Origin: an uncultured Microbacteriaceae bacterium
Lineage (GTDB): Bacteria; Actinomycetota; Actinomycetes; Actinomycetales; Microbacteriaceae
Direction: 5' to 3'
DNA: 34,296 nucleotides
Assembly: GCA_964445125.1 (NCBI GenBank)
Contig: CAYUJX010000002.1
Location: 1-34,296 of the forward strand
The translations under genes and the position numbers were made by a program. A model generated the notes under the pieces. The model saw only the letters and a program-made list of their open reading frames with translations. It did no database searches and was not told the DNA's origin. This document shows, piece by piece, positions 11,446 to 21,522 of the stretch. How positions within the stretch are numbered: the stretch's first letter is position 1; every line of letters starts with the position of its first letter.

Positions 11446-11948
11446 GCCGGCACCTCTTCCAACCACTTCACGATGTCCTTGGCAACCGTATCAATCGGTT
11501 TAGTGCTGGTGTCAAAGGTTCCGTTCGCGACTTCTTCGTACCACGGTTGACGCTGGGCAAGGAGAGCCTTCCAACTTTCTACGCCATCGGGGAGCAGCGG
11601 TCGCTTATCAGACGTCAAGCGTGCACTCACAGCCTCCGCAGAAATAGTGATGAGCGCGACGCGATGCTGGGCTAAATCTGCTCGCGTTGCAGGATTCACG
11701 ATGGCTCCCCCGCCAAGAGAAACGATGCCCGAGGTGGCCAGCGCCGCTATCACAGCTTCCCTCTCCAGGGCTCGAAAACTCTCCTCCCCCCGTGTCGCAA
11801 AAATCCCGGTAATCGAGCCGTGTGACTGCGTGATTAAGGTGTCTGTGTCCACCACGGAAATGTTCACCAACTTGCCAATGCGTTTAGCAAGCCGGGATTT
11901 CCCCGACGCGGGCGCTCCCACAAGCACTAACCGAGGTGCGCCACTCAC
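11442..11948 (-). CDS. aroK: Shikimate kinase
   Basis: GAPASGKS P-loop, [17 protein letters not shown] and RPLL motifs. Confidence 0.95.
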   Translation of the reverse strand: MSGAPRLVLVGAPASGKSRLAKRIGKLVNISVVDTDTLITQSHGSITGIFATRGEESFRALEREAVIAALATSGIVSLGGGAIVNPATRADLAQHRVALITISAEAVSARLTSDKRPLLPDGVESWKALLAQRQPWYEEVANGTFDTSTKPIDTVAKDIVKWLEEVPA

Positions 11949-13147
11949 GGGCTGAGGGAGGAAGCTGGAGAAATATGTTGGGGGATGGAAGCCATAAAGC
12001 TGTCCCGATTGCGCACCACTTCAGCGAGCGAATCTCCGCCAAATTTTTCCACCAAGGCCTCTATGAGAACCAACATCACCATGGCTTCGGCCACGACGCC
12101 TGCCGCGGGGACCGCACAGACATCCGAGCGCTGGTGATGAGCGACTGCTTCTTCCCCGGTGGCGGTGTCGATGGTGCGAAGAGCTCTCGGAACGGTGGCA
12201 ATCGGCTTCATGCCTGCTCGTACCCGGAGGACACCACCGGTGCTCATCCCGCCTTCAATCCCGCCGGCGCGATCGCTTGTGCGCTGGATTCCTTTGACGC
12301 CTCCCACAATTTCATCGTGAGCGAGAGAACCTCGACGTCGAGTGGTCTCAAACCCGTCTCCCACCTCAACGCCCTTGATAGCCTGAATTCCCATCAATGC
12401 CCCCGCTAGGCGCGAATCGAGGCGACGATCCCAGTGCACGTAGGAGCCAAGACCGGGTGGGAGCCCGCGCACGACAACCTCCACAACACCACCGAGGGTG
12501 TCCCCGTCTTTATGTGCCCCATCTACTTCGGCGACCATCGCTATGGACGTCTCCGGGTGGGCGCAGCGGAGCATATCTTCGTCGAGTCGAGCCAGGTCAG
12601 AAGACGAGGGCAACGGCGCATCTGGAGGAGTGGATACGGAGCCCACAGCGACCGTGTGGCTGACTACGTCGATGCTCAACTCCCCGAGCAAAGCTCTAGC
12701 AATAGCGCCCAAAGCCACTCGAGCGGCTGTTTCCCGAGCACTGGCTCGCTCCAGGACAGGTCGGGAATCGTCAAAACCATATTTCTGCATACCGGCCAGA
12801 TCAGCATGACCGGGGCGAGGTCTGGTGAGCGCTCCAGCACGACCGCCCTCAAGATCTTCCGGTGCAACGGGGTGAGGGCTCATCACCGTTTCCCATTTAG
12901 GCCACTCCGTGTTGGCAATTCTCACGGAGATGGGTCCCCCCTGAGTGATGCCATGGCGTATTCCCGAGGAGAGGGTAACCTCATCAACCTCAAACTTCAT
13001 CCGAGCGCCGCGCCCATACCCGAGTCGCCGCCGCGCGAGGTCTGCCTGAATGTGTTCCACCAGGATGGGAACCCCCGCAGGGAAACCTTCTATGACGGCA
13101 ATGAGTTCGGGGCCGTGCGATTCACCAGCAGTTAACCATCGAAGCAT
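11945..13147 (-). CDS. aroC: Chorismate synthase
   Basis: [28 protein letters not shown] and RSDVCAVP motifs. Confidence 0.98.
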   Translation of the reverse strand: MLRWLTAGESHGPELIAVIEGFPAGVPILVEHIQADLARRRLGYGRGARMKFEVDEVTLSSGIRHGITQGGPISVRIANTEWPKWETVMSPHPVAPEDLEGGRAGALTRPRPGHADLAGMQKYGFDDSRPVLERASARETAARVALGAIARALLGELSIDVVSHTVAVGSVSTPPDAPLPSSSDLARLDEDMLRCAHPETSIAMVAEVDGAHKDGDTLGGVVEVVVRGLPPGLGSYVHWDRRLDSRLAGALMGIQAIKGVEVGDGFETTRRRGSLAHDEIVGGVKGIQRTSDRAGGIEGGMSTGGVLRVRAGMKPIATVPRALRTIDTATGEEAVAHHQRSDVCAVPAAGVVAEAMVMLVLIEALVEKFGGDSLAEVVRNRDSFMASIPQHISPASSLSP

Positions 13148-13175
13148 TGTTCTATTCTCCCACGAACAAGCTCCA

Positions 13176-14021
13176 CTAAGGCCCAGAAGGGAGTCCCACG
13201 GCGTTTTTCATCGCACGGAGCACTTCTTCCTCTAGAGGAAGGGCAACATCAGCGTCTTGGTGCACGAAGAGACGAACCTGCCGCAGAGCTTGGTGCACCA
13301 ACATCCCTATGCCCGACACAACAGAACAAGGAGACACAGCCCATTTGGTGGCCAATTCCGAAGGCCACGGATGATAGGTCACATCAAAAAGACTTGCGGT
13401 GTGCACCAGCTCGTCAGAGAAATAAACCTCGTGTCTGAGCCCACCCGGCAGAGTGGACACGACCAAGTCCCACGTCCCCGCGAGCGGGACAGCACTCATT
13501 TCAATAATCTGAACGTCCAGCCCGAGACTCCGAAGGACGGTAGCGCAACTGCTGGCGCGTTCAGTATTTCGTACGACAAGGTCGACACCAGAAACACCCA
13601 TCAAGGACAAGCCATACCCGACCGCGCGGGCCGTGGCTCCCGCTCCCAGAATGACGGGGCGTTGGGGGGCGAGCTCGTCGTCACCGAGCGCACCCATTAC
13701 TCCCCAGGGATCCGTGTTGGCGAGGTGGGGTTTGTCCCCGGCCCAGTAGACAGTGTTCGCCACACCCAAGATTTCCACGACTGAATCGCGGCTTGGCACC
13801 ATCGCAAGAATCGGCTCTTTCACAGGCATCGTCAACGACAGCCCAAAAGATCGACTGGTGTGTTCAGACCACGCCTCTGGCAGGCTCCCCACGTCGACTT
13901 CGCGAGCGTGATAACTCCACGAGAGCCCTAGCGCTTTATACGCAGCACGGTGAAGAACGGGAGAGAGAGAATGTGATATCGGTGAGCCCCATACTTCGGC
14001 GCAGTCTCTAGCAGTAGGCAC
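13176..14021 (-). CDS. aroE: Shikimate dehydrogenase
   Basis: [32 protein letters not shown] and GIGMLVHQA motifs; exact start uncertain. Confidence 0.93.
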   Translation of the reverse strand: MPTARDCAEVWGSPISHSLSPVLHRAAYKALGLSWSYHAREVDVGSLPEAWSEHTSRSFGLSLTMPVKEPILAMVPSRDSVVEILGVANTVYWAGDKPHLANTDPWGVMGALGDDELAPQRPVILGAGATARAVGYGLSLMGVSGVDLVVRNTERASSCATVLRSLGLDVQIIEMSAVPLAGTWDLVVSTLPGGLRHEVYFSDELVHTASLFDVTYHPWPSELATKWAVSPCSVVSGIGMLVHQALRQVRLFVHQDADVALPLEEEVLRAMKNAVGLPSGP

Positions 14022-15195
14022 CGTTCTCCTCGCTTTCGCGACACCAGCTGAGCCAGCGGTCGACCGCGACGAGGTGCTCTGCGTAGGTGGGGGAGAAAAC
14101 AGTGTCGCCGGTGCGAAGGTCTATAGCGACAAAAAATAACCAGTCACCCGGAGCTGGGTTGAGGGCAGCATCAATGGCCACATCACCGGGAAGAGAGATG
14201 GGCCCTGGCGGGAGACCGAGGATCTGATACGTGTTGTAGGGATTTCCCGAGTCGTCACGGTCAGCGTCCGTTGTACCAACACCCTCATAGAGACCCGTCC
14301 AGTACGTGATGGTCGCATCCGACTGCAACGCCATGTCAATATCAAGCCTGTTGTAAAAGACTCGTGCGACCTTATAAAAGTCCTCCGTCTTTTTTGCCTC
14401 TTTTTGCACAAGGCCAGCCATGGTCAATACACTGTGCCAATCCTCCTCAGCGACCCCTGCAGCACGAAGACGTGACTTCATTTGTTCGACCAGATGATTC
14501 ACAATGTCATCGGCTTCTGTGCCGGGTTCAAAAGTGTAGGTGGCGGGAAACAGATAGCCCTCGAGGGTGCCCGTCGGTGAATCGATGCCGTACAGGGACG
14601 GCTCGCTCGCTGCTTCTATAAGATCTTCCATAGGCAAGGAGGCCCGTTCAGAAATACGCGCAAGAGCCTGCTCCATGGTGAAACCTTCAGGAATGACAAA
14701 GGAAATCTGCACTCTGTTGGAGGGATCCTGTAAGGCGGATATCGCGTTTTCCCCCGACATCCCGGTCAATAATCGGTACGTCCCCGGCTGGAACGTGATG
14801 GTGGCATTCTGCAGAAGCAGGTCGTACACAGCTTCAAAAGAGGCAGTAACGCCCTCTTCGGCAAGTTTCCGAGCAACCGTCTCTCCGATATCTCCGGGCG
14901 CTACCACGATATCGATGGAGGGGCTCGCTCCCCCGCCTTCAAAATTGGCGACCTCTTCCGCGGCGAAGTAGTTGACCAACCGCTGGCCATACTCGTTCCA
15001 CACCCACCACACACCCCCGCTTCCCAGCAGAAGCACGATGATGGTCACGATGGATACGGCTCGGCGGCCGCCGCCACGAGGTGGCCGGGAAGTCTTCACT
15101 CGGCCCGGGCGCGCGGACCCCTCGTCCTCGCGTTTCGGAGGTTCCTCACGTGGCAAAGTGTTAAAAATGGAGTCGAAGTCGGAGTTATTGGCCAT
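14008..15195 (-). CDS. mltG: Endolytic transglycosylase MltG (YceG family)
   Basis: Single TM helix, IPEG, LEGYLFPATY, VQKE (catalytic Glu), LQSDAT and YNTY..GLPPGPI motifs. Confidence 0.96.
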   Translation of the reverse strand: MANNSDFDSIFNTLPREEPPKREDEGSARPGRVKTSRPPRGGGRRAVSIVTIIVLLLGSGGVWWVWNEYGQRLVNYFAAEEVANFEGGGASPSIDIVVAPGDIGETVARKLAEEGVTASFEAVYDLLLQNATITFQPGTYRLLTGMSGENAISALQDPSNRVQISFVIPEGFTMEQALARISERASLPMEDLIEAASEPSLYGIDSPTGTLEGYLFPATYTFEPGTEADDIVNHLVEQMKSRLRAAGVAEEDWHSVLTMAGLVQKEAKKTEDFYKVARVFYNRLDIDMALQSDATITYWTGLYEGVGTTDADRDDSGNPYNTYQILGLPPGPISLPGDVAIDAALNPAPGDWLFFVAIDLRTGDTVFSPTYAEHLVAVDRWLSWCRESEENGAYC

Positions 15196-15652
15196 TCGTC
15201 ATTTCCTCGGGCTGTACCAGGTAGCCAGGAGGAACTCCCCGGTACCTCTCGGCGTCTAAAGCATGTTGCAACAGAATAGCAGCGGCCACTTGGTCGATAA
15301 CCGCTCTTTGCTTTTTAGCCGACCGGCCCGCCTGGTGAAGAGACTGGGACGCCTGGACTGTGCTGAGTCTTTCGTCGACCATCCGCACGGGCATGGCGAG
15401 GGTTGCCGCCAGATCTGCGGCAAACTTTTTTGCGTCCTGAGTAGAAGCGGTCTCCTGCCCCGAAAGAGCAAGAGGAAGACCGACGATGACTTCCAGTAGG
15501 TCCATGTCCGCAGCAACCCTCTGTATATCTGCCACAGCGGTCATCCTGTCCAAGGTATCGACCGGAGTGGCTAAGAGGCCTTCTCGGTCACAGCGGGCAA
15601 GCCCCACACGAGCTTTCCCCACGTCCACACCGAGCCTTGGGCCTTGTCGCAC
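15185..15652 (-). CDS. ruvX: YqgF/RuvX family RNase H-fold nuclease
   Basis: LGVDVGKARVGLA, VGLP, DERLST and IDQVAAAILLQ motifs; alaS-ruvX-mltG synteny. Confidence 0.95.
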   Translation of the reverse strand: MRQGPRLGVDVGKARVGLARCDREGLLATPVDTLDRMTAVADIQRVAADMDLLEVIVGLPLALSGQETASTQDAKKFAADLAATLAMPVRMVDERLSTVQASQSLHQAGRSAKKQRAVIDQVAAAILLQHALDAERYRGVPPGYLVQPEEMTNGQ

Positions 15653-18309
15653 TAGAGCCTGTCCACCTCGGCGCTCAGCGCCTTCAAAGCGCCCGCAAGC
15701 TTGTCGCCGTCGGGCCCGCCACCTTGGGCAAGCGCAGGTTTGCCGCCCCCGCCGCCGCCCATGAACGCGGACGCAGCCTTGACCAGGTCTCCGGAGTGCG
15801 CGCCGGCGCTCACTGCCGGAGGATTTGCGCCGACGACAACCGTGGCGCGGCCTTCAATATCCGCCCCCAATGCGACCAGCGCGGGTTGGACCGAAAAAGT
15901 AGCAAGCACGCCCTGGACCAAAGCACGAAGCTCATCTGCCGAGGACACATCACTGACCATCTGCACGACCGACGACACCCGGCCTTCACGAACCGTTGCG
16001 GCGAGTTCGGGAACCCGTGCACCCGAAGCGGCTTGTTTAGCCTTGCTCACCTGGCGCTCAAGATTCTTGACCTGAGCAACCAGCTCTTCCACGCGGGCAG
16101 GAATGTCTTCTCGAGGGGTTTTCAGCACTGAAGTCAGCTTGCGCATGAGGGATCGCTCGAGGGTGAAATCAGCAACAGCAGCCGAACCGACCAGGGCTTC
16201 CACTCTTCGCGCCGTCGAACTGACAGAGGATTCACCCAGCACAGTGACCACGCCAATCTGCGAGGAACGTGCCACGTGAGTACCCGCGCACAGTTCTCTC
16301 GACCACGGGCCACCAATGTCCACCATGCGCACAGTGTCGCCATACTTTTCCCCAAACAAGGCCATGGCGCCCTGGGCTTTCGCCTCAGCAACGGGCAGAC
16401 TGCGGGTAGTGACCTCAAGATCTTGGGTGATGGCATCGTTGGAAATCTCACCCAGAGCGTCTTGTGCATCCTTGCTCAATGCTTGGTTCCAGGAAAAGTC
16501 CAGACGCAGGTACCCGGGGCGGTTGAGAGACCCAGCCTGAGTGGCATGTGGTCCCAACGTGTCACGCAGAGCTGCGTGGATAAGGTGGGTTGCCGAGTGC
16601 GCCCTCTGGCCCTCATATCGCGTTTTGGGGTCCACGTGGACATCGACCACATCGCCAACACCGAGCTCACCCGACGTGATTTCCACCGTGTGGCTCACCA
16701 GTCCCGGGACAGGACGTTGGACGTCGAGAACAACGCCGTGAAAGTTGGCCCCTTCCAGAGTCCCCTGATCTGCTACCTGACCACCGGACTCCGCATAAAG
16801 CGGCGTCTCCGCCAAAATAACTTCAACGCTGACGCCCTGAGCTGCTTTCTCCACGGGGACTCCATCAACCAAAAGCCCCAAAACACCCGACTGCGCATCG
16901 AGCGAGGTGTACCCACAAAAAACAGTTTCACCGACGTGCCGAAACTCGCTGTAAACGCTGAGATCTGCGCGAAGCAATTTCTTGGACCGCGCATCTTTTT
17001 TTGCCCGCGTGCGCTGCTCGTGCATCAACAAGTCGAAACTGTCACGGTCCACACCCAAGCCGGCTTCTTCCGCCATCTCAAGTGTCAAGTCAATAGGGAA
17101 CCCATACGTGTCATGCAGCAGGAACGCGGTATCCCCGGCAAGAACGCTGGCGCCCTCTTTTTGGGTCCCCACCACGGCCACATCAAGGATTGTCGTGCCC
17201 GCTTCGAGCGTCTTGAGGAAAGACTCCTCCTCCGCTTTAGCGAGTTCACTCACCCGGGAAAACTCCGCCGCAACATCGGGATAGGAAGGAGCCATCGCGT
17301 CGCGCGAGGCAGCAAACAAGACGGGGAAAGTCGCTTCCTCGACGCCTAAAAGACGCATTGAGCGGATGCTCCTGCGCAACAAGCGGCGCAACACATACCC
17401 TCTGCCTTCGTTGGCGGGAACCACCCCATCCGTCATCAGCATCATCGCCGAACGAATGTGATCCGCGATAACGCGCATACGCACATCGTCATCATGAACA
17501 GCGCCGTACGAGCGCCCGGATAATTCACTGGCGGCATCTAAAACAGGACGGACCTGGTCAATCTCATACATGTTGGCAACACCCTGTTTGAGAAACGCAA
17601 CGCGCTCCATCCCCATCCCGGTGTCAATATTTTTTTGAGGAAGGTCACCAACGATGTCGAAGTCCACTTTGCTTCGCACGTTATCGATGAGGTACTGCAT
17701 GAACACTAAGTTCCATATTTCGATGTAACGCGTGTCATCAACCGCCGGCCCACCGTCAGGGCCAAACTGTGGCCCTCGGTCAAAATAAATCTCTGAGCAG
17801 GGGCCCGCCGGCCCCGGTTGCCCCGTAGACCAGTAGTTATCTTCGCGCCCCATCCGCTGAATCCGGTTATCGGGGATTCCGGCGATGGTCTTCCAAAGGC
17901 GCTCGGCCTCCTCGTCCTCTTCGTACACCGTCACCCAGAGGTCAGATTCATCAAACCCGAGTCCCCCTTTGCTCTCACTGGAGGTGAGAAGCTCCCAGGC
18001 ATATTCGATTGCTCCCGCTTTGAAATAATCGCCGAAGGAAAAGTTTCCGTTCATTTGGAAGAACGTTCCGTGCCGTGTCGTCTTGCCGACTTCTTCAATA
18101 TCGAGCGTCCGAATGCACTTTTGTACACTGGTCGCCCGGGGGTAAGGGGCAGGGGCCACACCAGCGAGGTAAGGGATGAAAGGCACCATCCCCGCGACGG
18201 TGAACATCAACGTGGGATCATCGCTCACGAGCGAGGCAGACGGCACCACGGTATGCCCGCGGTCTGCAAAAAAGGTTAACCACCTTTTTTGAATCTCTAC
18301 GGTTTCCAT
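15652..18309 (-). CDS. alaS: Alanine--tRNA ligase
   Basis: SVQKCIRT, RHGTFFQM, IDTGMGMER, editing HSATH / ELCAGTH, and C-terminal GGGGGGK motifs. Confidence 0.99.
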   Translation of the reverse strand: METVEIQKRWLTFFADRGHTVVPSASLVSDDPTLMFTVAGMVPFIPYLAGVAPAPYPRATSVQKCIRTLDIEEVGKTTRHGTFFQMNGNFSFGDYFKAGAIEYAWELLTSSESKGGLGFDESDLWVTVYEEDEEAERLWKTIAGIPDNRIQRMGREDNYWSTGQPGPAGPCSEIYFDRGPQFGPDGGPAVDDTRYIEIWNLVFMQYLIDNVRSKVDFDIVGDLPQKNIDTGMGMERVAFLKQGVANMYEIDQVRPVLDAASELSGRSYGAVHDDDVRMRVIADHIRSAMMLMTDGVVPANEGRGYVLRRLLRRSIRSMRLLGVEEATFPVLFAASRDAMAPSYPDVAAEFSRVSELAKAEEESFLKTLEAGTTILDVAVVGTQKEGASVLAGDTAFLLHDTYGFPIDLTLEMAEEAGLGVDRDSFDLLMHEQRTRAKKDARSKKLLRADLSVYSEFRHVGETVFCGYTSLDAQSGVLGLLVDGVPVEKAAQGVSVEVILAETPLYAESGGQVADQGTLEGANFHGVVLDVQRPVPGLVSHTVEITSGELGVGDVVDVHVDPKTRYEGQRAHSATHLIHAALRDTLGPHATQAGSLNRPGYLRLDFSWNQALSKDAQDALGEISNDAITQDLEVTTRSLPVAEAKAQGAMALFGEKYGDTVRMVDIGGPWSRELCAGTHVARSSQIGVVTVLGESSVSSTARRVEALVGSAAVADFTLERSLMRKLTSVLKTPREDIPARVEELVAQVKNLERQVSKAKQAASGARVPELAATVREGRVSSVVQMVSDVSSADELRALVQGVLATFSVQPALVALGADIEGRATVVVGANPPAVSAGAHSGDLVKAASAFMGGGGGGKPALAQGGGPDGDKLAGALKALSAEVDRL

Positions 18310-18330
18310 AACTGCTTCTCTCCCGCGCCC

Positions 18331-18486
18331 TTAGGAACGGTAGGCGTCACGGACGCCAGACACGAAACTATTGACGGTAGCGCCGATTCGAGCAAAAACC
18401 ATTTTCCCCTGGGGCGTCGTGTTCACCAGGTGGGCAAGAAGAAAACCGGCGACAACACCGAGAAGTGAGCTGAGAAACTTGGCCAC
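18331..18486 (-). CDS. Small (51 aa) membrane-associated protein, not in the ORF track
   Basis: GTG 18486 to TAA 18331: MAKFLSSLLGVVAGFLLAHLVNTTPQGKMVFARIGATVNSFVSGVRDAYRS. Strong SD GGAGGAGG at 18493-18500; hydrophobic N-terminal helix then an amphipathic segment. Confidence 0.8.
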   Translation of the reverse strand: MAKFLSSLLGVVAGFLLAHLVNTTPQGKMVFARIGATVNSFVSGVRDAYRS

Positions 18487-18515
18487 TGCTTACCTCCTCC
18501 CTCAGAATAAACTAC

Positions 18516-18564
18516 GTGCTATCGCGATGGCGGAGAAGCACAGGCACCCCCGCCACCGCGGCAC
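18516..18564 (-). terminator. GC-rich hairpin after rpsD, probable intrinsic terminator
   Basis: mRNA GUGC-CGCGGUGGCGGGG...CUCCGCCAUCGCG-AUA-GCAC starts 6 nt after the rpsD stop and is followed by GUAGUUUAUUCU (weak U tract). Confidence 0.65.
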
Positions 18565-18570
18565 AGTGAA

Positions 18571-19200
18571 CTATCTTGCGGCGTAGTACTCCACCACGAG
18601 CTGGACTTCACACGTCACAGGAACCTCGGCGCGCTTGGGTCGACGGACGAGTGTGGCTCGAAGACGATCAATTTCCACCTCGAGGTAGCTGGGAGTAGGA
18701 GGCAACACGTCAACGTGGCCCCCTGCAGCTGCAACCTGGAAGGGTTCCATTTCTTCGCTTCGGGTCTTCACGTGAATCATCTGTCCCGGTTTCAGGCGAT
18801 AGGAAGGACGGTCGACAAGCTCGCCGTTGACCAGAATGTGGCGGTGCACCACCATCTGGCGGGCTTGAGCTGTGGTGCGAGCGATACCGGCCCGCACGAC
18901 GAGAGCGTCAAGGCGCATCTCGAGCAACTCCACCAGGTTCTCACCGGTAAGCCCCTGAGCTTTGCGAGCTTCTTCGAAAACGCGACGCAATTGTGCCTCA
19001 CGAATACCGTATTGAGCCCTTAAACGCTGCTTCTCGCGCAGACGAACAGCGTAGTCACTGTCGGTCTTGCGCTTGGTCCGGCCGTGCTCCCCGGGTGGGT
19101 AGGGCCGTTTTTCGAGGTATTTTGCCGCCTTCGGCGTGAGCGCGATGCCCAGGGCTCGAGACAGACGGGTTTTGCTTCTGGTGCGTGAACGTGTTGACAC
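18571..19200 (-). CDS. rpsD: 30S ribosomal protein S4
   Basis: RPYPPGEHG, LREKQRLRAQYG, LEMRLDALV, ARQMVVHRHI and VVEYY motifs. Start at GTG 19200 behind the AAGGAG SD (19211-19216). Confidence 0.98.
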   Translation of the reverse strand: MSTRSRTRSKTRLSRALGIALTPKAAKYLEKRPYPPGEHGRTKRKTDSDYAVRLREKQRLRAQYGIREAQLRRVFEEARKAQGLTGENLVELLEMRLDALVVRAGIARTTAQARQMVVHRHILVNGELVDRPSYRLKPGQMIHVKTRSEEMEPFQVAAAGGHVDVLPPTPSYLEVEIDRLRATLVRRPKRAEVPVTCEVQLVVEYYAAR

Positions 19201-19357
19201 GAAACGGGTTCTCCTTGTTTGTGGTGATGCCAAGAGGCATGGTAAAAATCCAACGAGAGGGTTGTGTCCACCGGCGCCCCGGCTACAGAGGCACTGGTCA
19301 GAACCTTGCGCGCGCAGCCATCGCTTGCAGGGTCTGTGACCGAGGAAAACACTATCA
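19201..19357 (-). promoter_or_regulatory. rpsD promoter (extended -10 TGaTAGTGT) and ~140-nt structured leader
   Basis: TGnTANNNT at 19349-19357. Hairpin closed by GGUCA/UGACC (19296-19341) and hairpin AUGCC-UCUU-GGCAU (19227-19240). Confidence 0.55.
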
Positions 19358-19370
19358 CAGGGCCTGGTTT

Positions 19371-20693
19371 TTAGGCGCGCAGAATTTTGTGAATGGCCGC
19401 GCTGCGAAGAGAAAGCTCCTGTTCAAAGCCTCGTGCGCTTGGACGGTAATAGATATCGTCGCTCACCGAGTCAGGGGCATACTGCTGGGAAACAATCCCC
19501 GCAGCGTCGTCGTGCGGGTAGCGATAATTTACGCCACTGCCCTGGGCTTTGGCGCCCTCATAGTGAGCATCACGCACATGTGCCGGAACATCGCCAATTT
19601 TTCCTTCGCCGATGGCGCGCTGGGCGTGAGAGATTGCGAGGTAGGCGGCGTTCGACTTGGGAGCCAAGGCGAGATAAATTGTCACCTCCGCCAGGGGTAT
19701 GCGGCCCTCTGGCATCCCGATAAGAGCAATGGCGTGGGCGGCGGACACGGCCATCCCGAGAGCACCGGGGTCCGCGAGGCCAATATCTTCAGACGCCAAA
19801 ATAATCAGCCGCCGAGCGATAAAACGAGGATCTTCTCCCGCTTCCATCATTCGCGCCAAGTAGTGCAGGGCGGCATCAACATCGCTGCCCCTGACAGATT
19901 TGATGAACGCGCTGATCACGTCGTAGTGCTGATCACCGTTTCGGTCGTAGCGAACGGTGGCGACGTTGAGGGCCTCCGCAACATCGTCGGCGGTGACCAC
20001 GAGGGGTGACACTTCAGGGCCTTTCCCCCGCGCTACCCCGGTGGCCGCTTCCAGCGCCGTGAGGGCCTTTCGGGCATCACCGCCAGAAAGTCTGACTAAA
20101 TCTGATCGCGCTTCATTCTCCAAAGAAACTTTACCGGCAAGTCCCTCCGGGTGACTCAGTGCGCGATCGAGAACTGCGTCAATACCCGCGAGATCCAGGG
20201 AGCTCAATGTGACCAGAAGAGACCTACTCATGAGCGGGGCAATAACGGAAAAGGAGGGGTTTTCGGTTGTCGCGGCGATAAACACCACAACACCATTTTC
20301 TACACCCGGCAGCAGCGCGTCCTGCTGCGCTTTAGAAAAACGATGAATCTCATCCAGGAATAACACGGGTGCACGACCCGATAACTCCCCCTCTCGGCGC
20401 GCATGCTCCAAAGCCTCACGAACATCTTTCACCCCGGCCGTGACAGCGGAGAGCTCCACGAACTGCCGCCCCGAGGATCGGGCCACAATTGTTGCCAGCG
20501 TGGTTTTGCCTGTCCCCGGAGGGCCCCAGAGAATCAGGGAGCTCGCAGCGCCCTGATGGTGAGGATCTGCCAACAGGCGCAGGGGCCCGCCGGGGGCAAG
20601 CAGATGGTCTTGACCGATCACGTCGTCGAGACTTTGAGGCCGAAGGGCCACAGCAAGAGGGCGCGGCGCCCCCCACAATCCCGTGTCGACCAT
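19371..20693 (-). CDS. rarA: Replication-associated recombination protein A (RarA/MgsA AAA+ ATPase)
   Basis: WGPPGTGKTT, FLDEIHRFSKAQQD, ATTENPSF, HYDVISAFIKSVRGSD and ASEDIGLAD motifs. Confidence 0.96.
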   Translation of the reverse strand: MVDTGLWGAPRPLAVALRPQSLDDVIGQDHLLAPGGPLRLLADPHHQGAASSLILWGPPGTGKTTLATIVARSSGRQFVELSAVTAGVKDVREALEHARREGELSGRAPVLFLDEIHRFSKAQQDALLPGVENGVVVFIAATTENPSFSVIAPLMSRSLLVTLSSLDLAGIDAVLDRALSHPEGLAGKVSLENEARSDLVRLSGGDARKALTALEAATGVARGKGPEVSPLVVTADDVAEALNVATVRYDRNGDQHYDVISAFIKSVRGSDVDAALHYLARMMEAGEDPRFIARRLIILASEDIGLADPGALGMAVSAAHAIALIGMPEGRIPLAEVTIYLALAPKSNAAYLAISHAQRAIGEGKIGDVPAHVRDAHYEGAKAQGSGVNYRYPHDDAAGIVSQQYAPDSVSDDIYYRPSARGFEQELSLRSAAIHKILRA

Positions 20694-20769
20694 GCCCTTA
20701 TGCTAGCCAGTGCACTGTGGCCACGCCCTACACTGGAGTGTCACATCCACAAATTTCCAGGGAGCTTTC
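20694..20769. promoter_or_regulatory. Divergent promoter region: TAGCAT (minus, leaderless rarA) and TACACT (plus, PPIase)
   Basis: Minus-strand TAGCAT at 20700-20705 lies 6 nt before the rarA ATG. Plus-strand TACACT at 20729-20734; SD AGGGAG before GTG 20770. Confidence 0.55.
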
Positions 20770-21486
20770 GTGTCTGCAGCAGAAAAAATTCGACGCTCGC
20801 AGTTGCGGCGTTTTGAGGCTCGTCAGGTCCTGCATGCTCACGTGGCGACCCGTCGTAAACGCGACCAGCTGGTGTGGAGCAGTGCGGCCTTAGTCGCCAT
20901 CGTTGTCTCCTCCCTCGCACTCTGGGGCTACACGACCATTGGGCCAGGAACGCCACCGTCAGCACCGGATGCTTCACTCAGCGAAAATCGCCAGTGGGTT
21001 GGAGAAATGGTTTTCGATGCGGCATCGCTCGACATTACCCTCGAAGGCGACCTCGCCCCTAAGGCCGTGGCCAACTTTATCTCCCTTGCCGAAGAGGGCT
21101 TTTACGAGGGGCTTGATTGCCATCGGCTCACCACTGACGGCCTCTACGTGATGCAGTGTGGAGATCCTCTGGGCGTCGGCTTGGGAGGACCCGGATATTT
21201 CTTCGGACCCGTCGAAAACGATCCGTCAGATCGCACCTATCCGGCAGGCGCCATTGCTATGGCCCGCGGCGCCGGAGATGGAAGCAGCATGGGGAGCCAA
21301 TTCTTTGTCGTCTATGAGGAAAGCATTATCCCTTCCGATGCCGCCGGGGGATACACCATCATGGGTCACATCACGAGTGGACTAGAGGATTTCATTAACG
21401 CCTACGTGCTTGATGGCACAATTGACGACTCCACAGACGGTCCACCCGCCACAGTGCCCACCTTGGAAAGCATCACAATCCGATAA
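20770..21486 (+). CDS. Membrane-anchored cyclophilin-type peptidyl-prolyl isomerase (PpiB-like)
   Basis: Basic N-terminus plus TM helix, APKAVANF, CHRL, MQCGDP, GGPGY and GSQFFVVY motifs. Start moved to GTG 20770 (SD present). Confidence 0.92.
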   Translation: MSAAEKIRRSQLRRFEARQVLHAHVATRRKRDQLVWSSAALVAIVVSSLALWGYTTIGPGTPPSAPDASLSENRQWVGEMVFDAASLDITLEGDLAPKAVANFISLAEEGFYEGLDCHRLTTDGLYVMQCGDPLGVGLGGPGYFFGPVENDPSDRTYPAGAIAMARGAGDGSSMGSQFFVVYEESIIPSDAAGGYTIMGHITSGLEDFINAYVLDGTIDDSTDGPPATVPTLESITIR

Positions 21487-21490
21487 GGAC

Positions 21491-21522
21491 TCTGGCTTCT
21501 CCGCCTTCTGGCTTCCCTGCCT
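21491..21522 (+). repeat. Imperfect 16-bp tandem direct repeat
   Basis: TCTGGCTTCTCCGCCT / TCTGGCTTCCCTGCCT (14/16 identical), directly upstream of TAGGCT at 21527-21532. Confidence 0.6.

Noticed and set aside
12434-13135. 233-aa plus-strand ORF (and the similar 32344-33060 ORF)
   Set aside because: Antisense shadows of aroC and pdxS.
15740-15762. GCC/GGC triplet run
   Set aside because: Encodes the conserved GGGGGG motif of the AlaRS C-terminal domain.
16276-17349. 357-aa plus-strand ORF
   Set aside because: Antisense shadow of alaS; no recognisable motifs, expected from codon bias in GC-rich DNA.
19185-20009. 274-aa plus-strand ORF across the rpsD leader and rarA
   Set aside because: Mostly antisense to rarA; no motifs or convincing RBS.
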